This document shows positions 26,530 through 36,611 of a stretch of DNA of 64,000 nucleotides, piece by piece. The notes beneath the pieces were generated by a model. It was not told where the DNA came from. It did no database searches and saw only the letters and a list, made by a program, of their open reading frames with translations. The stretch is from Raillietiella orientalis (lineage: Eukaryota). Position 1 is the first letter of the stretch. The number at the start of each line of letters is the position of its first letter. The stretch is from assembly GCA_036172245.1 (NCBI GenBank), contig JAYWIR010000014.1:2232001-2296000 (forward strand), read 5' to 3'. Made by a program: the position numbers and the translations under genes.

Positions 26530-27650
26530 TCTGCCTCCACTGTGTACCACAGTTCGTGATCATGCGAGTGCCCAGGATTCTCAGAGCCCTCCTCTGAGCC
26601 ACATTCCGGAGCTTGAGGATTACCGAACCCGTTGTCGTGAAGTGACCTACCGCGCCCTTCGGCTTTGCCAAGGAAGGAAACGCCCCTGTTGTCCACAGGA
26701 ACACTGGAAAGGAGTGCGTGTTGCAGGACAGATTGCATAAGGCGAAAACCGATCCTGCCTTTTTTTTTTTAAGGTTCGAAAATCAAATTTATTGCACCCA
26801 ACGAACGATCTGCATAGGAATAACCCTTTTATCCTGAGATGCATTCGGTTTCTTTGGAGCTGTGATCATAAAAACGCCATCTTTGGTCAGCTTCCTTTGT
26901 AGTGCTCCATGATCTGCATCTTCCAGCAAATGCACTTCCTCTCAGAAGGACGTGATGCGGAACCATGGTGATGAGGTCCATCCCCATGCGTAGCTTCCTC
27001 TACAATGGTATCATCAACAGTTACAGAAATTTCATCAGGATCAAAGTGACGAACGTCCAGCGTGATCTCGGAAACATCTTTTTGGTTGAAGAGTTCGCAA
27101 TTCTCTGAGTCGCGACAAGCATCTTCCGTCTTGCTTCCATCCGGATGAGTCCCTTCCGCCTCATTGCATCTTAGCTGCTACACAACAACCAACTGCATGC
27201 ATCTAACAATGGATCTTCAAACAATGCTTGGAACTGCGGCGTTCCTCACAAATCGCAATGCACAATTGCTGCGGCTATAGCAGCGGCACCGTGGTCCCAT
27301 TGCTCGGAAGCGTGCGCCTCCAGATCTTCAGCAGCAGCCCGTCCGCCGACGGCCACGTAATGCCCTTGCGAATCACCGAACCTGCCGTCGTGAAGTGACC
27401 GACCGTGCCCTTCGAGATGTTCGACGGAGCGCACGTACTTGGTCAACACGTTCAGTGCCGAGTGCTGCCACCGGCCGCGTCCGCCACTACCGACGTCCAC
27501 AGCACGATTTTTATGTCCACCATCGAGATGTTCGTCCGGAAGCTCCACGTTCTCGCACAGCTGCTCCTGAACCGACCGGATCTGTGCAGCGTCCTGCGGC
27601 ATCTTCCACGACGGGAGAAAGGCGCACGGAAAAGGTGCGAGAGTTCGTTC
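26530..27650 (-). mobile_element. Two diverged direct-repeat segments, possibly Ty3/Gypsy integrase relics
   Basis: 26610-26665 is similar to 27365-27415. The minus frame gives ISMVDI..LWTS, VGHFTT (VD.FTK) and MITNCGTQW (I.TD.GTQF). Motif spacing is imperfect. Confidence 0.3.
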
Positions 27651-28363
27651 CCTCACGCATTCGTGATCCTCCCCCTCGCCTCCAAGGGACTGGTACCCTC
27701 CGGCGTCGCCGCCGGCAGCGAGCCGTAGACTCCTAGAGAAGCCCCCTCATCCCCAGAGTGCGTTCCCCGTGGAGGTCTCGCCCCGTCCAGAGATTCGCGC
27801 GATCCCGGAAGTCATGACCTCTCCTCCTCCTCCCTTCGCTCGAGGGAGATCGAAGGGGAGAGAAAGCGGCCCGAGGCCTGTTCGCCCCTCCCAGGAGGAC
27901 AGGACGCAACCTCCGCAGTGGAGGAGGCTTCTCCGGGACGGGCGCCGCCGCTCCGCCTCCGAGCGAGACCTCTCGTCCTGTTCCCCAGGTCCCACCGGAG
28001 TCCAGGGGGTAGAGATCGCTCCCGCGGGAGGGGAAGCAAACAGGGAAGGAATCAACAAAGAAAACACTGCGCAATCAGCCCTGCGAAAGCGCCGCCCAGG
28101 ATCCGGATGCTGCGGGCGTCTTCCCCTGGTGCGGTGCCGCCCCCATGGAATCAGCGAACGCGGGGCACCGCTCGATCGATCCTTGGAGGTTCCTTATTAA
28201 GGCCCCACCGCGCTGGAGGATGCTGCCTGATGATCCTCCCGGCGAGCACAGAGCTTGTGGCTCCCACAAGCGGATGGCACCTCGCCGATCCTCCCTGCGA
28301 GATCTCGCGACGGAGGCTGCGATCGGACGAGGCGCCGCTTGGACGTGCGCCCTGGTCCGCGGT

Positions 28364-28403
28364 CGAAACACACACGACGGGTTGATCCGTCGTGTGTGTT
28401 TCG
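28364..28403. other. Perfect 17-bp stem hairpin
   Basis: CGAAACACACACGACGG-gttgat-CCGTCGTGTGTGTTTCG. Confidence 0.95.
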
Positions 28404-28689
28404 TATCTTGTCGTGGGTGCAGCCGTGTCATTACACGCCCACGCGATGCTGTTCATGAAAATCACGCGCGTTGGCGCAAGGGCGGAAGTCACTGCATCAC
28501 CACCGCCTTTCCTCGCCGTCGACCCGGTTCGCGGGCCCGCCGAGACGAAATCCTGCCGATGTCTCAAAACGCACACTCCTGAGAGGAAGTCCCGAAGGAA
28601 GTCCTCTTCCTAGTCGTCTCCGATTTCCACCCGAACATCCCAAGGCGTTTCTTGCCATGCAAAGGAAACTCGCAAACTTTGGCGGGATA

Positions 28690-29420
28690 CGCGTGGTGGC
28701 CCTGTCACACTCCGTCTGTCCACGGACCAACCAAGTCACCGGTGTGCGGACCGGCAGGACCTCTCTAGGCAGAGGAGGGGGGCAAGAGAAAACAAAAGAA
28801 AAAGGAAGAATAAATAAAAATAAATAAAAATCTTTGGGAGCAATCAATGCCTACTGAAGGGAGTCTGCAGGATGCCGGCTAGTTCCGTTCGATTAGGTTC
28901 CAGGTGGGACGATCTGTCCTCCATCCGCAGGAAGCGAACTGCAAGCTGGACGGCTTCCTTCCCTTTTTTTTCTCTGTCGGCTTCGCTTCAGGCCGCGGCA
29001 ACTCCCGTGGGTGCAGCAAAGCGCTTCTGAGACTGGCTGCAGGGCGTCCCTCACGAAGAGGAGCTGCAAAACCTTCCTGGAGGAGATGCCAGCCGGGATC
29101 CGGAGGGTCGTTTCAAAACGTTCTTTAAGGGACTGGAGGGCAACACGGTCCATGAGTAGGTACGGGAGGAATTTTTGTTCCTTTCCACACCTGCGACAGT
29201 CCGGACTCGCCCTTTCCAGCGTTCAGTGGTGTCGGTATGCGTTGCAGGGAAGACCTCAGTTCAACAGCAGCGAAAGTGCTAACTTCTGCCACTTCAGAGG
29301 GAGGGCGCCGCCATCCTTGAGCACTAAGGGTCACTCCAGGTCTTCACCGAGACTCTCGACCAAGCGCTGCAGTCCCGTGGAAGGGCATTCGAGCTCGCAG
29401 CATCCACCAGCTGCTAAGTA
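28690..29420 (-). mobile_element. Diverged family X LINE 3' end
   Basis: One frame reads LPLKWQKLALSLLLN*GLPCNAYRHH*TLERASPDCRRCGKEQKFLPYLLMDRVAL...LFVRDAL. It is colinear with X1/X2, including the 3' UTR. Confidence 0.75.
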
Positions 29421-29429
29421 CTTCAACAA

Positions 29430-30210
29430 CGTTCTCTCTGAGTATCTCAAGAACCGTCGCGTGCCTGACGACCCTCGCAGCTCTTTGACGCTGCCCCACG
29501 CCGCATGAGGTTGTGGATGAACTCTTCAAGATAGGGGATGTTCCGAGAGGGAACCACCCTATGAACCCCGGAAGGTCACGGAGAAGGGGAGTCCGTTCCT
29601 CTCGCGTCTGGGGACGTATCCTAAAGAGAACCCTCCTCCCTGGTTGTCTCCGAACGGAACCTCGAGAAGAATCTCCTTCCTTATTCTCTCCGGGAGGACC
29701 ACTGGAGGGGCCACTCCATTGTTTCTTCTCCGAAGGAAACTCGGAAAGGATCCGCTTCTGGAATTTCTTCTCCGGAGGGAACCTCGACCCTTTTTCCTCC
29801 TCTGAAGAGAATCCCAAAGGGATGTTTCCGAATTTTCTCTGAAGGGCGCTCTCCCAGGAGAGCAGCACGCTTCTTGACACTCTGGAGAGGTGTCAAATAG
29901 CTCCATGGTACGAGATGGAGAGTCTTCCCCAAGGGGAACATCTTCGGACCCTCCCGATCACCCGATGAACCCCGAAGGGAACCGCACATTTTGGTTTAGT
30001 TCCCTAGAAGGATCCCGGAGGGTCAACCCCCGATTCCGGCCGGTCGACGAGGGGACGTCCGGTTTCCGGATGCGACCAGTGGGGTCGAACCCGAATAGAG
30101 GCTAACCTGTGACATCTTGGGGGATGGACTCGAACCCTCGACGCAACCCCGTTCTGGGCGTTTATCCTTCCCGCGACGCTAAGCGCCCCGCTCTGGGGCC
30201 GCAGCAGCCA
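29430..30210 (-). repeat. Family A repeat, copy A3
   Basis: GACACTCTGGAGAGG at 29876-29890 and the shared CTGGAATTTCTTCTCCGGAG. Inner B-box-like motif at ~30125-30147; the outer one is partly deleted. Confidence 0.9.
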
Positions 30211-30254
30211 CACGGTCCCCGACTCAGGCTGACTCCTGAAAGCAAGGAACTACA

Positions 30255-30450
30255 GCCCGCGTCGGAGGCCTTGGGGTTAAGGCTTCCGCGTGTGGCACGA
30301 TGCGTCGCGGGTTCGAATACTACGGCAGAAACTCTGACACAACTGCGTCGTCGAGTTCCGAGTTTCTCCTGCAATGGCGCTGGTTGGCCGAGACATTCGG
30401 GCGTGGCACCGGCGGTGGATTAAGCCGGAGGTCCTCGCCGGTCAAACGGC
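30255..30450 (+). repeat. Family A partial copy A4 (tRNA-like head only)
   Basis: GCCCGCGTCGGAGGCCTTGGGGTTAAGGC...GTCGCGGGTTCGAATAC aligns to 49776-49950. Confidence 0.85.
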
Positions 30451-30789
30451 TCCACGGAGGAACAGGAGTCCACCGTAAAAGAGGGAAAGAGAGGGATGAG
30501 GGAATCCATCCGGAGCCCACCCATCCAGCCCCGATGAACCAATCAAGGGGTGGTCGGGTCAAAGAGAAGGGATGGGTTGGAACTTTCTCTCCGGTTCCAC
30601 GTCCTTAGCTACTAGCATCAGCATCCAACGGGGACGGAGGCAACCCCCCGTTCGCGGTTCGCCTCTTCAGTCTCTCGATTCACCCCCTCTCCTTCCCTAT
30701 CTCTCATCCCCACCTTCAACGCAACCCTTCCTCCCCAGTTTACTGGCTTTTTGAAAACCTCCTCATCCCTCTCTATGATCTGCTCCTGA

Positions 30790-31809
30790 TTGATGACTCC
30801 AGAGTCGGAGAACGGCCCACCTGCGCCTGCCTCCATGTTTCGCCATCCCTTATCCCTCTCCCACGCAAACACTCTGGCTCGTCCCCCACTCGTTCCGCAG
30901 CAGATCGATTCCTCACCTGGGATGCAGCGCCTCCATCCGCTTGTCCAGACGGAGGCTCTCGATGGGGACGGAAGTCGTCCGGGCCGCGGTGAAATCCAAA
31001 TACTCCGAAGCCTCCGCGGAAACGTGCCTTCTTTGAGCTGCGCTGCATCCAGGAGTGCACAGCACCCGTGGCAGTTGAACAGGACACTGGTGGAGGCCGC
31101 AGGCCGGAAACTGCTTATCCTGCTGGTGCTCAGTCGTCAGGACCTGGGATCGCCTCTACGTCCCGTACCAAGCGGAAAATCTCCCCGGAAATGCGTCTCT
31201 GGATTGGTTGTCCTGCTAGACCTCTGCATGCCATCCCACACTTCATATCGTACAAGTGGACTCTGTGTAAGAACTCTCTACCTACCTACTTCCACCTGGA
31301 GAGAGCGAGGCATCGAAGAGGGGAAGATCCTCCCGGGAAACAGCAAGGACAACCCCATGGAGAGGACGCGGGAAGCTCGAACTGATCTGTCAAGCCTCGG
31401 GGAGGGGGACGCTGATCCGTGGATTATCTCCCTGCATTGGATTATCCTCTTGGTCCCGGACGATGCCACGTTCTTCCCAGCAGCGCCGCAGCTGCCCTGC
31501 TCCTCGCTGCGGCGAGGTGGCGCGGCCGCTGCCGCGAGCCGTCAGTGTCTGCATCCGAATTCGTTCGGGACAAGGTCCCCGGAACGGGATGCATCTCGTC
31601 TTCCCGGAGGCCACTTCCCGAGGTCCCAGGAGGCGGGGGGCAGAGGAAAGAAAGGAAATCTCTGCACTCAGGCTGCGTTTCATCCGGGAACGCCGGAAGC
31701 ACTGGAGACTTCCTGGATGTTCCAACATCGACTACCTACGGTCTCCTCGCTCGTGGCGACACAAAGCATTGCGGATCCGGATCCCGCCCGGGGAGGGGTG
31801 AGCCGATGA
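30790..31809 (+). pseudogene. LINE ORF1-like reading frame (339 codons, degenerate)
   Basis: Longest ORF in the window, after a CT-rich leader. It contains VVLLDLCMPS, LCVRTLYLPTSTW...IEEGKIL (VWVR...LP...W...GK.L), REART and a broken knuckle PQLPCSSLRRGG, and runs into copy A5. Confidence 0.5.
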
Positions 31810-32500
31810 GAGAAGGGATTGCGTCATAGGTTTCGAGTCCCCCTGCACGACGACGCTGGTTGGTCTATTCGGTGCGGCACTGGTGGAAGCCGGATGCTCC
31901 GTCGATTGACCGGGATTGAAAGTCGACCCCCCGGGGTGCTTCTAGGACAGCAAGGAGCCCATTTCTTCGAGTTTTTTCCCTCCGGTTTTTTCCCTCAAGG
32001 GAGAGCCGTTTTCTTCCTTGAATGGGATCCCCCTCTCGAGTACCACGAAGCTGGTGCATATATCCCTCTCCAGAGTGTCAAGAAGCGTGCTGCTCCCCTA
32101 GAGGAGCTCCCTTTAGAGAAAATTCGGAAGCATCCCTTCGGGGTTCTCTTCAGAGGAGAAAACAGGGAGTGGGGTCCCTCCAGAAAAAAAAAAAATTAAG
32201 GAAAGGGTTATGTCTGGGTTTCCTTCGAAGAAGAAACAATGAAGCGGCCCTCTCCGATGGGTCTCCGGAGAGAATGAGGAAGTAGTGGTTCCCTTCGGAG
32301 ACAACCAAAGCGAGGGTTCCCTTCGGGGTTTCCCCATCAAGCGTAAGAGGAAAGAACCCATTCTTCCAAGGCCTTCCTGGATTCACAGAGCGGTTCCTCC
32401 CCCAACCTGAAGAGCTGCTGCACGTAACCTCGGGCGGCGTGGGCGGCGTTCAAGAGCTTTGAGAGCTCCTGGACGAACGACTCTTTGGTACTTGGCCATC
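31740..32500 (+). repeat. Family A repeat, copy A5
   Basis: CCTCTCCAGAGTGTC at 32065-32079 and GGTTTCGAGTCCCC at ~31829. Colinear with A6. Confidence 0.9.
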
Positions 32501-32629
32501 CCCCCCCCGCCGTAAGGCGCCGACGACGGTGCCCTCGAGCCAACTCTGCATCCGCTGGCTTCTGCACTGGGGAAGGAAAGGGGCTCGGCGTAAGGATCTG
32601 CGTCCCTCCCCTCCGATCGATATCCCCTC

Positions 32630-33010
32630 ATGGCTGGAGAGCTCCCGTACCGGTGTCACCTAGGAGATACATATCAAGTGCGTCGGAGAGACCATTTTTT
32701 GCCTCACCAACGCATGCCTTTTTTGACTTTTTCTCCCCAGAACCGTTTCGGAGACAGGAGATCCCAGCCACCGAGCAGTGTTCCTTGAAAACTCTAGAGT
32801 CTTGCAGGGCAACAGCGTAGCAGTTCTCTGCAAAATTTCTCTGCACATAGGTGGGCACGCCGCAAGTGCGCATCACCATCGCCTGAGGGGTCGTAGGACA
32901 CCAGCCACGAAATCCCGAACACCAGTTGCTCCTGCTCCACGCTTCCTGGATCCACGAATGCAAGGTCCATGTTTGGAATCCAGAGAAGGTTTTCAACCGG
33001 TAACTCCGGG
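32630..33010 (-). mobile_element. Possible LINE endonuclease N-terminal relic
   Basis: MRTCGV...VALQDSR (NVRG...LQET) and YLLGDT. Confidence 0.3.
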
Positions 33011-33013
33011 ACA

Positions 33014-36000
33014 TTTATTTGAAACAAGATACCACTGGTCAGAGGGGAACGGAGTCTCCCGAATACAAGGGACGGATAAAAAAGAAAAACGGAAGTTCAT
33101 TGGAAATGACCATCGGCGTGCAGGTCGGCTTCTAAAAAAGTAAGGGATGGAGGGAAAGGGCAATAATTAAATAAAAAAAGGACAGGAGAGTAGGAACAGG
33201 GGACTTTGGTTTTAATCGTTCCTTTCTTCCTAGAGGTCGCGATCTCACCGATGACCTCTTCTGGCAGGAGGGCCACCTTGCAGCCGTCCTCATCAAGGCG
33301 GCTGCCATGCTGGTGGCTTTCCTTCGCTACGAAAGAGACTCCAACACAGACGGACTGTTACCATGGCGCGGATGCAACAGATGATTGCGATCGCATCGCC
33401 GCCTTCAGCCCGCCAGGAGTGAAGAAGCGTCGCCGCAACAAGTCCGATGCGGTTTCCTCTGGGTGGTGGACCACTCAAGCCAGTCTCCTCCAAACTTCCA
33501 CGCAGTCCAACGGAAGGTGCGGAACGATTCGATCGCAAAGCTTCCACTCGCCAGTTGACTGCTGTCATTGTAAATCTTGAGGGCAGACGGTGCTGCAGCA
33601 ATGAGTGTGACGGCTATCCGGGAAACGTCGTCCAGTCCTGCAGATCTCCTAGCAGTTTTCATAGGAGTTTCCGCAGCGGACGAAGCTCCTCCGGGCGCGC
33701 TTCCGGAGTGTTGACCCAGGACTTCAGTGCCTTTTGCCGTCAGACGTTCTGGTTTTGAGGGCAGATAGGAGATCCACGGGTGAGCTACTAGAAGTGAGGA
33801 CAAATGCCTCAGGAGGTAGCTAAATCCAGTCTTCCTATGTGGGAATCCATCGAAACTGAAGAAGGTTGCCGCTGGCAGTTTTTCTTCGAAGAACTCATTT
33901 TGTCTGTCCCCTCCACCAAGTCTTCAGGAACTGGAAGGATCGGAAGCAGAATAGTAAACGTGGCAGATCCCCGGTTTTCGGGTCAGATTCTGGCTCTCTA
34001 GGGAAGTGCGCGTAACTCCTGCGCGGTTCCTTCCTCTGGGCTAAGAGGCTCGATGCCACTGGAATTCCTCTAGAAGGACGGAACGGTGTCCAGGAGCTCC
34101 GACAGAAACACGTTTCAAGCACGAAGCCCAGTTGATGCGTCAGCACGATGGAGAACTGTTGGCTTCTCAAGCTCTGAAGTCATCTTATCAAGCTCTCTTC
34201 CGCAAGACGCTGAGTGGAAGAGCTCAACCATCGCTCTGTAAAAGGCACTTGAAATAGGAAGATCCTTGCCCTAAACGATTCCTACTAAGGAGGAGAACGA
34301 AAAAATGGCTATCTTTTGCTCTTGCCGATCGTCAGGGTCCCTCAGCATTGTATTCACTAGAGAGGACTTTGCTCTTACAAGAGAGTCGCATGAAAGATCC
34401 CTACCAGGTTTCCCTGTGGAATTTTGCGGCGATAAAGCAAGTCGAGGACATCCCTGTAATAAGACGCAGATTTTTCCCTTTCCCTTTCTTTGCTCTCGTT
34501 TCCATACTCCGCATGAACATGAGAAAGGTTCCTGTGGAATGTTTGTGCTCCGGAGGTTTGTCCACGCTTTCGTGGATCCGTCCATCATATGTCTCTTGCC
34601 AAAAATGTCCATACTGTCTTACAAGATTTCCATCAATCCACAAGCTGCGTAAACAGTGAGTGGACACTGACCATCGAAGGCTACAGACAGGTGCTCACGT
34701 TGCGCCAGAGTAAATCTGCTATCTGAAAACCAAGGAAGCAGTTGTCCAAAGGGATGCAATGTGGATGTCGTCGAGGGCAGGAGCCTTCGTTGGAGCTGTT
34801 GATACTGAACCATATGGTAAAGAAAATGGGGGGGAAGGGGATCCCAGTAAAGGCAGGGCCCAGAGACACCTTTTGATCGCAATTCTGCATTACTCAAGGG
34901 ATGAATGTGGTCTGAATCTCTTTCTACACTTTAACTGCGGGACTCTTTCCAGCACACCAAGGTCGGGGAACCTTCTGTGAAAAGGTTTTTTCCTTTGGCA
35001 TCTGGCACCCGGTTGAAGGGTTGACGTCTGACTCCGAGTCTGACTGGATTTTCCCCTCAATACCAATCGAACGGAAGATTGGCAACGTGGTCCAGCGGTG
35101 GAGGAGAGCTACGGGCTAATAACGCAGGGGTGGACGTAGCATGGAGACAGTTAGAAACTCATGGCGTGATGCTATATTGAGGTAGTGAGCACGGGGAGAT
35201 GGACGCAAAGGAGTAGCCACGAGTGCTGATGAGGTCTGGGGAAAACGCGTCAACCAGTCTTCTAGGGCACATGCGTCATAGTCTGCAACGGTTTCAAAAA
35301 TGAAGGAAGCAGATGCCGGATAGCAACGCATCATATAATGTACAGCTGTTTGGATGAATTCATGCAAACGAAAACAACGAGAGTGGATCCGATCTCTTCC
35401 CCCACATAACTCCAAACCCAAAAAGAGCAAGCAGTTTCATGAATTCACCTAATCAAATCCAGCTTCCCGTTGAAAGGAATCATTCGTCAGCGGAGAGTTA
35501 TTTCACGTGCTTGCTCGGAAAACATCGTCCACATCTTGGTTCTCGAGACACAGATCATAAGTTATGAAAGCATCTGCACTATTGAGATGACTTATCCAGA
35601 CCTTGTAAGTATTTTTCGTTGCCACGGTAACCTGCTGGTTGTCCTTGGCTCAGAGTTCCACTGACAACCGGCTCGTACCGAAGCAGAATATCAGACCAAC
35701 ATTGTGGATTCGTTATTACTCTTTCGAAAGGTCACTGGAACCTACCAGCATCGAGTTGATCGAAGGAAGACTTGTAAGAACTGTTCTCAATACTCGGGAT
35801 ACGGAGCATCCCTCTTGCAGCTACAAAGTGTTTATCGTTCCCCAAGAAGCAATCCTTTCCTCTTGAGTAGTCGGTCGCCTCTGTTTCACTGGCTGCAGTT
35901 AGGATTTTTCTTCGAAGCTCGTAGTAAACACCTTCTTTTTGTTCCCTTGTGACTATGCAAATCTCCTCTGGTCTAGGAATTAGCAAGAGCAACGGGAAGA
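33014..36000 (-). mobile_element. LINE family Y copy with deleted, decayed ORF2
   Basis: The 3' ~520 bp is nearly identical to 43616-44139. Upstream on the minus strand: WDPLPPHFL (GDPLSP.LF), HLSVAFD, IHSRCFR (SRLDR), HLPVL (DHxPV), ILTAASET. The upstream pieces may belong to separate elements. Confidence 0.6.
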
Positions 36001-36552
36001 ATTCATCGGCGGTGGACCCAGATGCAGGTCTCTGGGCTGCTGGCTGGTTATTGGTGAATTGGACCGTCCTCACTCTTTTATGATCTGGAATTCGGCAGCA
36101 ATTTATGAATCGAGTTCTCCAACCTCCTGGTGCACAGCTGCAGGTTCAACAACTCCTACAGCAACTCCTACACTTCTCCTTAGAAACCACTTCACTGATC
36201 ACTATTCTCCTGACCTTATTTAAAGCCTCCTGCCTCAGAGATTCACGTGCACCGATCTGTGTAGAAGAATGGAAACTCTTGAGAGGATATCGTCTCTCGC
36301 TCATTACCACGCTCCATCTACGCCACCGCTCGACAGCTTCAGAAAAGGGTGGAGCCAGCTGAAGGAGATGACCGACTGGCCAAACTCTGGTTAGCGATTG
36401 CTGTCAATCATCCTAAAAATTATGCTTCCGAGTAACCCATGTTTGGAGATACCGAAAAGATCAGCCCAATCGAGCTTCACTCTAGAGGAATCTTCTATCG
36501 TGACTAGTGGAAAGTTGTTGTATGAATTGCGATAGTCACTGCATTCATTCCA

Positions 36553-36610
36553 TCTCTCTCTATATATATTAGTACATACATTAGTATACTAATGTATATA
36601 TAGAGAGATA
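36553..36610. repeat. TA-rich quasi-palindrome
   Basis: Perfect 22-bp palindrome ATACATTAGTATACTAATGTAT (36576-36597), flanked by complementary TCTCTCTATAT / ATATAGAGAGA. Confidence 0.9.
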
Positions 36611-36611
36611 A

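Noticed and set aside
27340..27430. Ubiquitin-protease His box (GHYVA) on the minus strand, or a recoded/selenocysteine TGA on the plus strand
   Set aside because: GHYVA is not kept in the paralogous segment and there is no Cys box. The shared TGA is explained equally well by the minus-strand frame being the coding one.
30255..30330. Functional tRNA genes at the family A heads
   Set aside because: A/B-box-like motifs are present, but I could not build a full cloverleaf (no acceptor stem pairing), and the copies are highly diverged.
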